This document shows, in pieces, positions 38,725 to 47,932 of a stretch of DNA of 64,000 nt (the stretch's first letter is position 1; each line of letters opens with the position of its first letter). The position numbers and the translations under genes were made by a program. Source of the stretch: an uncultured Candidatus Saccharibacteria bacterium (GTDB lineage Bacteria; Patescibacteriota; Minisyncoccia; Phycocordibacterales; UBA2100); the NCBI GenBank assembly GCA_964398775.1, contig CAYNND010000005.1, positions 5,266 through 69,265 on the forward strand. Reading direction: 5' to 3'. The notes beneath the pieces are model-generated. The model had not been told where the DNA came from, ran no database searches, and saw only the letters and a list, made by a program, of their open reading frames with translations.

Positions 38725-39756
38725 TTAGAGTGCGACGTACTTACCGTCGTTTGTTCTGTTGAAAATTTCAGTATCCTGCAGGTTTACCAAAATTGTACCG
38801 TCTTTTACATAGCGCTCTCGCTTTACTCGGTCAATGATTTCCTTCTTCGAAAGAGGTCCATCTTTTTTCAAGATATCCTTGATCACCTCTTTGACAACAC
38901 CTTTAGAGTATCCCCACTCAGAGAGAGCGTAGAGTCCGCGTCCAACCAATACAAAGCGCTCGTCTTTAATCAGTTCGTTGTGGCATGTTGCTTCATGAGC
39001 CTTTCTGCCAAAGAGTTCTGATATTGAACGTGCAACTTCAGCAAAGTGCATTGGAGAACCGTGCCGTTTCAGTGAAAGATATGCCATGTCACGCATGTTT
39101 TTTACGCGCACGCCTGGTGCGTCAACTCTCCCCCATTCTCCAAGTTGGTTTCTAGAAATTTTCTTTGAGAGAGAAAGCCAGCGTCGTGCCGTTTCGTGTG
39201 TGTGGTGCTTTTTATCGAGATGTGTCAGGTCTTTGAGAAAGCGCGCGATAAGTTCTTGTTCTGGAACAAGATCATCATTTGAAAGTGAGCGGTACAAGCC
39301 CCTTAGTGCTGCATGCACAGAATCTGCAATGCCTTGGTCCGCATGCCAGCGATGGTTAAATTCAGGATCCTCCTTAAGTCTTTCAAATTCATTTCCAACT
39401 ACAAGAAGGAAGTGTATATGGTTTTGGAGTCCTTCATTCTTCGAAATTGCGTCGAGAAGTTCCTGCTCAGGCACGATGCCACCCATGTCTATAATGATGC
39501 CTGTCAGCTCTGTAAACACAGAAGAAACCTCTTTGTATGCTGGCGACGTTCTAATCGCGCCTATTGCTCTATTCTCTATCTGTCGGACTCGTTCACGGGT
39601 GATAGTGTATCGTGAGCCAATCGTCTCAAGGGTGTCTCGTTTTACAGTATTCCCAAGCCCGTAGCGCCCCGTTAGAACATCACGCTCACGCGAAGGAAGC
39701 ACCCCAAGGAGCTTTTTTGTGATCTGTTTTGGCTTGAATGTTACTGAAAACTGCAT
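38725..39756 (-). CDS. DNA-binding protein combining a sigma-70 region-4-like HTH (N-terminal) with a HARE-HTH-like domain (C-terminal)
   Basis: N-terminal LPSRERDVLTGRYGLGNTVKRDTLETIGSRYTITRERVRQIENRAIGAIR is a textbook sigma-70 region 4.2. C-terminal MHFAEVARSI…ELIKDERFVLVGRGLYALSEWGY matches the RpoE-delta / HARE-HTH pattern. Confidence 0.55.
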   Translation of the reverse strand: MQFSVTFKPKQITKKLLGVLPSRERDVLTGRYGLGNTVKRDTLETIGSRYTITRERVRQIENRAIGAIRTSPAYKEVSSVFTELTGIIIDMGGIVPEQELLDAISKNEGLQNHIHFLLVVGNEFERLKEDPEFNHRWHADQGIADSVHAALRGLYRSLSNDDLVPEQELIARFLKDLTHLDKKHHTHETARRWLSLSKKISRNQLGEWGRVDAPGVRVKNMRDMAYLSLKRHGSPMHFAEVARSISELFGRKAHEATCHNELIKDERFVLVGRGLYALSEWGYSKGVVKEVIKDILKKDGPLSKKEIIDRVKRERYVKDGTILVNLQDTEIFNRTNDGKYVAL

Positions 39757-39873
39757 ATGTTTCTGTTCGTTAGATAGGCTTTTCTACCATGTACTTGTAA
39801 GTTCGTCAAGTGCAACCATACAACAAGTTCGTCTTTTGTCCATGAGACGGCCTGTGGATAACCCTCAAATGAC

Positions 39874-42800
39874 TTATATTACGATATTGACGATCTTTCC
39901 CGGTATGACAATAACGCGTTTTGGGGTCTTCCCTTCCAACCATCGTTCTACTTCTTTGAGTGAGCGTGTACGAACACTTTCCTCAGTGGCATTCGGTGTA
40001 ACTGATACGGTACCTCTCAGTTTGCCGTTGACTTGAATTGCAATTGTAACTTCCTCTGATACGAGTTTTTTCTCAGACCACCGTGGCCATTTTTCAAGAT
40101 GAACTGAGCGCTTGTGACCGCGCAAATGCCAAAGTTCTTCCGTAATATGTGGTGCAAATGGTGCAAGTAATGTTATCAAGGTGTCAAATTGGGCGCTTGT
40201 TAATCCAGACTTGTCAGCGACATTGAGGAAACTCATGAGTGATGCAATTGCGGTATTAAATTTAAGTTCAGTCACACCCTCAGTCACTTTCTTGATTGTT
40301 TTGTGCATCTCACGCTCCACATCAGAAGTAGTTGTTGATGTGATTTTTGTTTGAAGTTTCCAAACACGCTCGAGGAATCTTCGGATACCTACAATTGCCT
40401 CTGGTGACCACGGATAGCTTCCTGGCTCGTTAAATGGACCTATGAATGCAAGATACATTCGGACTGTGTCTGCACCGAGACGTTTAACGACATCATCTGG
40501 GTCGATGACGTTTCCTTTGCTCTTACTCATTTTTTGCCCATCTGGACCCAAAATCAACCCTCGGTTCATTCTGCGCGTATATGGCTCCTTTTCCTTTGTT
40601 AATTTTAAGTCATACAAGGCCTTATGCCAGAATCGACTATAGAGCACGTGCATTGTTGTGTGTTCTGCACCACCTGAGTACAAATCAACTGGCAACCACT
40701 GTTGCAATTTCTTTGAAGCTGCGAACTCCTTTTTGTTTTTTGGGTCTGAATAGCGGAGGTAGTACCATGAAGAGCAGATAAACGTGTCAAATGTATCAGT
40801 TTCTCTCGTTGCTGCTTTTTTACAGTTTGGACATGTTGTCTTCACCCATTTTGTTGCCTTTGCTAGCGGTGATTTACCATCCCCAGTTGGTAGGTAATCA
40901 GTGACTCGAGGCAATTCAACTGGAAGATTCTTCTCTGGGACAGGAATGTAGCCACATGTATTACAGTGAATCATTGGAATTGGCACACCCCAATATCGCT
41001 GCCGAGACACAAGCCAGTCGCGGAGTCGGTATGTTTTTTTTGCGCGACCATACCGCTTTGTAATTTCTATTTTTGCTGTAGCCGAATGAACACCATCATG
41101 TTCTCCTGAATTCATGAGATAGCCATCGCCAGTATGTATATGGTGTTCCCCATTAAACTCTCGCCAGAGGGTATCTTTCTCTTTAAGCGTGATGAAATTG
41201 AGAACCTCTGACGCCGGTTTCCAAATATGCTCATGCTTAGCGAGTTCATCCGCAGCGATATGACCTTGTTCGTCATTATCAAGTTCAAAATAGAGGTATG
41301 TGAATTCAACGCGTCGATTTGTTTTCTTGAAGTTATGGTAAAACTCAACAGTGGCCTTGTCTCCAATTTGTCTCACAAAGCGTGCATTTTTATAACCACT
41401 TTCTTCAAGTATTTCTCGTTTTCCAGCAGTAACAGCATCCTCACCCTCTTCAATTCCTCCGGAGACAAATCCACGAATCGGGTGGCCTTTCCATGTCTGA
41501 CATAGATACTCATCTTTTTCCCAATGTTTTACAATGCACATAACTGCACTGCGACTTACGAACGGTTCATTTGGGTGGACTGCATCTGCACCTGATGTTT
41601 GTGTAACAAGGCGTGTCACTACTTGCCGTATCGGGAGTCCATGCGCGCGGGCAAACTCGTTGTCCCGCTCATCGTGTGCAGGTACCGCCATGATTGCTCC
41701 TGTACCGTACTGTGCGAGCACATAGTCACCTATAAACACAGGGATTTCCTCTCGAGTCGCTGGATTAATTGCGCGGATCCCCTTTAGTTGAACACCTGTC
41801 TTATCTTTATTCTCTTGCCGTTCAAGTTCTGTTTTTTGCTTAGTCTGGGCTCTGTATGCCTGCACTTCTGCTTCATTGTGTATAAGTCCTGAGTGTTGCA
41901 GTGCAGCTGTTACCCACTGGTGTTCAGGTGCCAGAACCATGTACGTAGCACCATGGAGAGTATCTGGCCGAGTTGTGAAGACTCTAATTGTTGGCGCAAT
42001 TGCCATAACCATATCTGGTTCACCCGCTTCTGAAGAAAAATGCGGTACTACACCAGTGCCTTTAATTAAGTGAGCACCGAGTGCCAACGCCCAAGCGTGT
42101 GCATCTTCTTGTGGGACAATGGTATCTGCCTCATCAGTGAGAACGACAAAGCCCTTTGAGTTCTGTTTTATTTTCTGTATATCGAACGGATGCTTACACG
42201 CTTTCGTAACAGAACGGCGCAACTTCTTATCAAGAAATACACCAGAATGTGGTGTTGCAATCAAAGAAACTCTGCCAACTTTTGAGCCGAGTTCGAGCGC
42301 TCTGAGTGCAACAAGTCCTCCAAATGATACTCCGACCAGTGCAGTTTTCTCGTTGAGGTTGCAATGTTTTTGTACATACGCAGCCTGCGTATCCAAATCA
42401 GGCTCTTGTGAATTTGGGAGCTCCGGTACGTCAACTGTGTATCCTCGCGCCTCTAATTGCTGTTTGAGCCACGGAAATGCATGACTCTTTGGTGAGCCAT
42501 TCCTTCCATGCAAAATAACAATTCGTGAACATGAGTCAACGCCTTTCAAAGGAAAATCGATTTCAGCACCTTCACTTCTCCCAATCCAATTTCGCTGAGA
42601 ATCCTTAATTGCCTCAGGCCATTGTAGTGGCTCGAGATCGTCAACGAGGCGATCGGCATACTTCGTAATTGCAATGTTCCATTGAGGCATGAGTCTCTGC
42701 TCCACTTTACTATTGCATCGCTCACACTCACCGCTCACCACTTGTTCATTCGCGAGCACTGTCTTACATGAGGGACACCAATTTGCTGCTGTGTCTTTTC

Positions 42801-43251
42801 GGTAGACCAAACCCTTCTTATGTAATTGTAAGAATAGCCACTGCGTCCACTTGTAGTATGCTGGGTCGCAGGTCACCACTTCTCGAGTCCAATCGAAAGA
42901 TGCACCCATTGAGGCAATCTGCTTCCTCATGTGCGCCATATTTTTGTAGGTCCATGTTCGTGGATTAATACCACGTTTGATTGCGGCGTTTTCAGCTGGA
43001 AGCCCAAATGCGTCAAAGCCAATCGGGTATAGAACATTACTTCCCTGCATGCGTCGTGCTCGTGCATACATGTCTGGCACTGCAAATGCGTACCAGTGGC
43101 CGACATGCAAATTACCAGATGGGTATGGAAACTCTACAAGTACATACTCATTTTTTTTCCCTTTTTCAGTATCCTTTACAGTGTAGAGGGCCTTCTTTTG
43201 CCATTCCTTTTGCCACTTCTTCTCTATTCGTAAATGATTGTAGTCCTTCAT
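39874..43251 (-). CDS. leuS: Leucyl-tRNA synthetase with two inserted hydrolase domains (YdeN-like alpha/beta hydrolase; Nudix), 1125 aa
   Basis: HIGH (NLHVGHW), KMSKS and the editing-domain landmarks TTRPDT and AHDERD are all present. There is a 180-aa insert with GVSFGG (GxSxG) between IGRSEG…DFPL and TTRPDT. There is a 140-aa insert with a perfect Nudix box GGIEEGEDAVTAGKREILEESGY between GLPIRQVV and YRLRDWLVSRQRYWG. Confidence 0.9.
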   Translation of the reverse strand: MKDYNHLRIEKKWQKEWQKKALYTVKDTEKGKKNEYVLVEFPYPSGNLHVGHWYAFAVPDMYARARRMQGSNVLYPIGFDAFGLPAENAAIKRGINPRTWTYKNMAHMRKQIASMGASFDWTREVVTCDPAYYKWTQWLFLQLHKKGLVYRKDTAANWCPSCKTVLANEQVVSGECERCNSKVEQRLMPQWNIAITKYADRLVDDLEPLQWPEAIKDSQRNWIGRSEGAEIDFPLKGVDSCSRIVILHGRNGSPKSHAFPWLKQQLEARGYTVDVPELPNSQEPDLDTQAAYVQKHCNLNEKTALVGVSFGGLVALRALELGSKVGRVSLIATPHSGVFLDKKLRRSVTKACKHPFDIQKIKQNSKGFVVLTDEADTIVPQEDAHAWALALGAHLIKGTGVVPHFSSEAGEPDMVMAIAPTIRVFTTRPDTLHGATYMVLAPEHQWVTAALQHSGLIHNEAEVQAYRAQTKQKTELERQENKDKTGVQLKGIRAINPATREEIPVFIGDYVLAQYGTGAIMAVPAHDERDNEFARAHGLPIRQVVTRLVTQTSGADAVHPNEPFVSRSAVMCIVKHWEKDEYLCQTWKGHPIRGFVSGGIEEGEDAVTAGKREILEESGYKNARFVRQIGDKATVEFYHNFKKTNRRVEFTYLYFELDNDEQGHIAADELAKHEHIWKPASEVLNFITLKEKDTLWREFNGEHHIHTGDGYLMNSGEHDGVHSATAKIEITKRYGRAKKTYRLRDWLVSRQRYWGVPIPMIHCNTCGYIPVPEKNLPVELPRVTDYLPTGDGKSPLAKATKWVKTTCPNCKKAATRETDTFDTFICSSWYYLRYSDPKNKKEFAASKKLQQWLPVDLYSGGAEHTTMHVLYSRFWHKALYDLKLTKEKEPYTRRMNRGLILGPDGQKMSKSKGNVIDPDDVVKRLGADTVRMYLAFIGPFNEPGSYPWSPEAIVGIRRFLERVWKLQTKITSTTTSDVEREMHKTIKKVTEGVTELKFNTAIASLMSFLNVADKSGLTSAQFDTLITLLAPFAPHITEELWHLRGHKRSVHLEKWPRWSEKKLVSEEVTIAIQVNGKLRGTVSVTPNATEESVRTRSLKEVERWLEGKTPKRVIVIPGKIVNIVI

Positions 43252-43296
43252 TGCGTAAGCCTACCAAAGGTACGGGATAAAGAAAAGAGGCTCACA

Positions 43297-44340
43297 TTAT
43301 GTTTTTTTTGAGTAGTGTGTCCACTGGACGAGGTTCCAGAGTATGCGCATACCAACGTTTGCATTCCATTCAGAATCATTTGCTTGTGGCGAAACTTCAT
43401 TAACATCAAAACCAATTATCTTTTTACCTGATTTCGCGACTGCTCGAATGAGAAATACCGCTTGGTCGAATGAAAGGCCTCCAGGGACTGGTGTACCTGT
43501 GCCTGGGCACAGTGATGCCTCAAGTCCATCAATGTCAAAACTTATATATACTTTTTCTGGAAGTTGTTGAACTATTTTGGCAACTGACATCTCCCATGTA
43601 GAACCGCAAAATGACTCAGCTTTCAAATCAGTATCAAAAAAAGTACTAATACGGTTACTGTTCTGTACGATATATTCTCGCTCTCCTGGTGAGTAATCAC
43701 GAATACCGACCTGAACTAATTTCTTAACAGAAGATACATGTGCAAGAACGTTCCACATTATTGATGCATGTGAGTACGTAAAACCCTCATATGCTTCTCG
43801 TAAGTCGCAGTGTGCGTCAATTTGCAAAATGCCAAATTCAGAGTGCACATCGCCGAGTGCTCGGATAAGCCCATATGGAGTACTGTGGTCGCCACCTATC
43901 AACCCTACTAATTTGCCTTGTGCAATGTGATATGCGGACTCTTCATGAATTTCATCATGGAATACTTCACACGCTATATTGATTTCGGCCAGAGCTTTTG
44001 CGTTCCCTTTTCTGCCAGATGATATGTCCTGTATATATCGCTCTGCCTTAGATCTTAATTGCTGACCACGCTTCAAGACATTGTGTTTTTCTTGCAGCGG
44101 AGTCATGTATACACCTACTTTCCAAGAATCACCACCATGCGCCTCATGATAATAGTCAATTTGGGGTGATGCAGCGTAAATCGCCTCAGGTCCTTTTTGT
44201 GTGCCACCACCATAAGAAACAGTAACACCCCACGGAGCAGGTATAAGTACTATGCTTGCATCAGATTCTGCGGTTGAAAGACCGAAAATACCAGAGTTTG
44301 TTTGCGCGACGGCGTTTGGGTCAAATGGTTTTGAGTTCAT
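43297..44340 (-). CDS. speB: Ureohydrolase of the arginase/agmatinase family (probable agmatinase)
   Basis: GGDHS, DAHCD and SFDIDGLE…PGTGTP metal-binding motifs. The context includes arginine decarboxylase and carboxyspermidine genes. Confidence 0.75.
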   Translation of the reverse strand: MNSKPFDPNAVAQTNSGIFGLSTAESDASIVLIPAPWGVTVSYGGGTQKGPEAIYAASPQIDYYHEAHGGDSWKVGVYMTPLQEKHNVLKRGQQLRSKAERYIQDISSGRKGNAKALAEINIACEVFHDEIHEESAYHIAQGKLVGLIGGDHSTPYGLIRALGDVHSEFGILQIDAHCDLREAYEGFTYSHASIMWNVLAHVSSVKKLVQVGIRDYSPGEREYIVQNSNRISTFFDTDLKAESFCGSTWEMSVAKIVQQLPEKVYISFDIDGLEASLCPGTGTPVPGGLSFDQAVFLIRAVAKSGKKIIGFDVNEVSPQANDSEWNANVGMRILWNLVQWTHYSKKT

Positions 44341-44349
44341 GTGTATATC

Positions 44350-45576
44350 TTACCCCATTCGTGACTTAAAATCTTCATATGTAAACTCTCTGAGTGTTTC
44401 AAGTTCTCCATTTTCATGAAGAAATACAATTGATGGATGTTTAACGCCATTAAACATAGTAATCTTTATGAGTGTGTATTGAATTGCGTGCTCAAATACA
44501 ACTGCATCACCTACTTTTAGTGGTTTATCAAATGAATAGAGTGCATGCGTCATATCACCTGCAATGCAGGTGCTACCACCAAATCTATATACATGCTGCT
44601 GCGTAGCGTTATTGTCGTCAGTATCAATTCGCTTTGCATTTCGCACCTCTAGCTGAAGATCTTTACTTACAAAAAAGTCTGTAAGATGATTTTCAAATGA
44701 CATATTTAGAATCGGTATTTTATATGGGACATCATCTCGCTCAACAATATCCAAAACGCGAGCGACAAGTGTACCGACATGCCATGCTATTGCTGCGCCT
44801 GGCTCAAGATGAATCTCTACATTATATTTTGCAGCAAATGTGTTGAGTATGTGTATGAGTTTTTTCCTATCGTATGAATCATCAGTTATTTTTTGTCCAC
44901 CGCCAAAATTAACCCACTCCATGGCGCTACAATACTCACCAAAGTTCGATTCAATTTTACTAAGTGCTTGCTCAAGGTCTTGCGCATCCTTTTCAAAGAA
45001 GAGATGGAAATGTAGACCGCTTATACCCTCGAGTGCCTTTGCATCTTCAGTCAACGCTCGCTTAAATTCAGAAATGCGGATCCCAAGTCGTGAGCCCGGC
45101 GCGCAGGGATTCCAAAGCTCGCCGTGACCATCTGCGTCAAGAATTTCCGGGTTAATTCTCAAACCAAAACTTCTTAATTTACCGGTTGTTCGTGCGTAAG
45201 TAAGAGCTTGGTCTTTAAACTGTTTCCATTGAGAGAATGAGTTGAAGATGATAGTACTGCAGTAATTTAAAATTTCTGAAAATTCCTGTGTGTTATATGC
45301 GGGCGCAAACATATGAACGTTCTCGCCAAAATGCTCGTAGGCAAGTCGCGCTTCGTGCAGTGAACTTACCTCTGCGCCTTGAAGATACTCTCGTTCAATC
45401 GGGAAAAGCTGCCAGGGACTCCATGCCTTCAAGGCGTGCAGTATGGTTGCTCCGGTAGCATCATGAATTTCTTTCAATACTGAAAGATTATGACGGAGAA
45501 TATGTTCTTCTATTACAAAGGCAGGTGTATCTACTTGTGATGCGATGAGTCGTGATGGTGGTCTTCGTAGTTCCAT
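44350..45576 (-). CDS. nspC: Carboxynorspermidine/carboxyspermidine decarboxylase
   Basis: About 400 aa. The C-terminal block …ITMFNGVKHPSIVFLHENGELETLREFTYEDF is characteristic of CANSDC. Alanine-racemase-fold N-domain. Confidence 0.75.
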   Translation of the reverse strand: MELRRPPSRLIASQVDTPAFVIEEHILRHNLSVLKEIHDATGATILHALKAWSPWQLFPIEREYLQGAEVSSLHEARLAYEHFGENVHMFAPAYNTQEFSEILNYCSTIIFNSFSQWKQFKDQALTYARTTGKLRSFGLRINPEILDADGHGELWNPCAPGSRLGIRISEFKRALTEDAKALEGISGLHFHLFFEKDAQDLEQALSKIESNFGEYCSAMEWVNFGGGQKITDDSYDRKKLIHILNTFAAKYNVEIHLEPGAAIAWHVGTLVARVLDIVERDDVPYKIPILNMSFENHLTDFFVSKDLQLEVRNAKRIDTDDNNATQQHVYRFGGSTCIAGDMTHALYSFDKPLKVGDAVVFEHAIQYTLIKITMFNGVKHPSIVFLHENGELETLREFTYEDFKSRMG

Positions 45577-45578
45577 GG

Positions 45579-46829
45579 CTATATTTTCTCGGGCAATGGT
45601 TTAAAATCAACAACTTCAAATGGCAAACCATTCTTCGATACAATTTCAAGAAAAGGCTCTGGATCAAGCTGCTCCATGTTATATACTCCAGCGCCACTCC
45701 ATACCCCTGTCATGAGCATGTATGCCGCAGACATTGCGGGGACACCCGTTGTATACGAAATTGCTTGTGAGCCAACTTCCTTAAAGCATGCTGCATGGTC
45801 GCAGACATTGTATATGTACTTTGTCGCTACTGTGCCGTCCTTTTCACCAGTAATAATGCATCCAATATTTGTCTTCCCGCTGTAGTTCGTTGCGAGTGAC
45901 GCTGGGTCAGGGAGCAGTGCTTTCAAAAATTCCATTGGAACAATCTTAACAATCTTCCCATTGAGTTTGAATGGTATCGGCTTAATACCTGAAATGCCAA
46001 TACTCTCCATTACCCTGAGATGGTTGAGATAATTTTCCCCAAAAGTCATCCAGAAACGCATGCGTTTCAGGCCAGGCAAGTTTTTTGCAAGCGACTCCAT
46101 TTCTTCATGGAAGAGCAGATAGCTTTCTTTGGGTCCGATTTGTGGATAGTTAAAAGCAAAATGAATGCTGCCAGTGTTCATGACTGGAGGTGTATACACC
46201 CAAGTCCCATCCCTGAAATGCTTCACTTCCTGTGTGACCTCACGAATATTAATTTCTGGATTGAAATTTGTAGCAAATGATTTGTCATGACTTCCAGCGT
46301 TTGCATCAAGAATGTCTACGGACTCAATTGTTGTGAAATACTTCTTGAGTGCGTACGCGCAATACATATTTGTAACTCCTGGATCGAAACCTGCGCCCAA
46401 AACAGCCATAAGACCAGCTTTTTTAAACTGAGTATGTTTTGCCCACTGGAGTTTGTACTCAAATTTTGCCTCGTCTTTCGGCTCATAGTTTGCTGTGTCA
46501 ATGTAATGGACTTTTGTTTTCAGGCATGCATCCATTATGGTCAGGTCTTGATATGGAAGTGCCAAGTTCAACACAAGGTACGGCTTTACTTTTTTTATGA
46601 GCGCGACCAGTTGCGGCACCTTGTCAGCATCAACTTGGTGTGTAGTTATTGCAACATCCCATCGTTTTTTAACATCTTTTTTTATTGCATCAGCCTTTGC
46701 TTTTGTTCGCGTTGCAACATGAATTTTTGTAAAAACTTTAGAATTCATTGCGCATTTGTGAATCGCAACTGATGCAACACCTCCTGCGCCAATTATAAGA
46801 ATTGTCCCATTATTTTTCTGAGTTTTCAT
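45579..46829 (-). CDS. Carboxynorspermidine/carboxyspermidine dehydrogenase (saccharopine dehydrogenase-like)
   Basis: N-terminal ILIIGAGGVASVAIHK Rossmann motif. 416-aa length and saccharopine-DH-like C-domain. Adjacent to the CANSDC gene. Confidence 0.7.
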   Translation of the reverse strand: MKTQKNNGTILIIGAGGVASVAIHKCAMNSKVFTKIHVATRTKAKADAIKKDVKKRWDVAITTHQVDADKVPQLVALIKKVKPYLVLNLALPYQDLTIMDACLKTKVHYIDTANYEPKDEAKFEYKLQWAKHTQFKKAGLMAVLGAGFDPGVTNMYCAYALKKYFTTIESVDILDANAGSHDKSFATNFNPEINIREVTQEVKHFRDGTWVYTPPVMNTGSIHFAFNYPQIGPKESYLLFHEEMESLAKNLPGLKRMRFWMTFGENYLNHLRVMESIGISGIKPIPFKLNGKIVKIVPMEFLKALLPDPASLATNYSGKTNIGCIITGEKDGTVATKYIYNVCDHAACFKEVGSQAISYTTGVPAMSAAYMLMTGVWSGAGVYNMEQLDPEPFLEIVSKNGLPFEVVDFKPLPEKI

Positions 46830-46849
46830 ATGAATAGTATATACGATAA

Positions 46850-47932
46850 TTATAAATATTTTTTGGCATGCAAAAGTTCTGCGATAAGAACTCCACCACC
46901 CGCTGCACCTCTAATCGTGTTATGCGAGAGCCCAACAAATTTCCACTGGAATAAAGGGTCTTCTCTGAGCCTACCTACGGTCACTGCCATTGCTTTATCT
47001 GAGTCTCTATCAAGTCTTGTCTGCGGCCTATTTTCTTCACTTTTATAATGAATAGCCTGCCGCGGAGCAAGTGGAAGTTGTAATCGTTGTGGTTCACCGG
47101 TAAACGATTCCCATGCTTTTAGTATCTCATCGCGACTTGGCTTCTGTTCGCATTCAAACGAAACGCACGCCATATGACCGTCAATGGTCGGAACACGGTT
47201 GCAGTGCGCTGAAATTGCAAATGAGTCGTCATAGATAAATGACGTGTCACCAATTGTTCCAAAGATTTTTCTTGGCTCTAGTTCAGACTTCTGTTCCTCG
47301 CCTCCAATATAAGGGATAACATTATCCAGAATGTCATATGAAGAGACGCCCGGATGCCCTGCCCCAGAAATTGATTGCATTGTAGTGACAAATACTTTTC
47401 GTACTTTGAATGTTTTGTGAAGCGCTGCAAGCGGTGCGGTATAGCTTTGAATTGAGCAGTTTGGCTTAACGACAATAAATCCTTTTGCCCACCCTCTGTT
47501 CTTTTGCTGTATTGGGATCATTTCAAGATGCTCAGGATTAACCTCAGGTATAATCATTGGAACATCCGACGTATGCCTGTGCGTTGAAGCATTTGAAACC
47601 ACTGGAATACCTGCTGCTGCATATTGCTCTTCCCACTCCTTCGCTATTGGTGTATCCAGCGCTGAAAATACAAAATCACATGATGCAGCGCAGGTCTGTA
47701 GATCGTCAACTGTGTGCACCTGTAACCCAGAGATACTCTCAGGGATATGTGCCTGCATGTGCCAGCGACCCTGTACAGCTTCCGCATACGTTTTCCCAGC
47801 TGAAGACTGACTTGCTACAAGATATGTAACCTCAAACCATTCATGGTTAGTAAGGAGCGCTATATACTGCTGCCCCACCATCCCAGTCGCACCAAGAATA
47901 CCAACTCGAAGTTTTTTGTTCATACTATGCAA
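46850..47932 (-). CDS. asd: Aspartate-semialdehyde dehydrogenase
   Basis: LRVGILGATGMVGQQ N-terminal motif; active-site Cys region (…SNCSI…-like NCSIQS). Confidence 0.85.
   Translation of the reverse strand: MHSMNKKLRVGILGATGMVGQQYIALLTNHEWFEVTYLVASQSSAGKTYAEAVQGRWHMQAHIPESISGLQVHTVDDLQTCAASCDFVFSALDTPIAKEWEEQYAAAGIPVVSNASTHRHTSDVPMIIPEVNPEHLEMIPIQQKNRGWAKGFIVVKPNCSIQSYTAPLAALHKTFKVRKVFVTTMQSISGAGHPGVSSYDILDNVIPYIGGEEQKSELEPRKIFGTIGDTSFIYDDSFAISAHCNRVPTIDGHMACVSFECEQKPSRDEILKAWESFTGEPQRLQLPLAPRQAIHYKSEENRPQTRLDRDSDKAMAVTVGRLREDPLFQWKFVGLSHNTIRGAAGGGVLIAELLHAKKYL

Noticed and set aside
39874-43251. Initial idea that the LeuRS had lost its CP1 editing domain and replaced it with the alpha/beta hydrolase
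   Set aside because: Both editing-domain landmarks (TTRPDT, and GTGAIMAVPAHDERD with the catalytic Asp) are present with normal spacing, so the hydrolase domains are additions rather than replacements.
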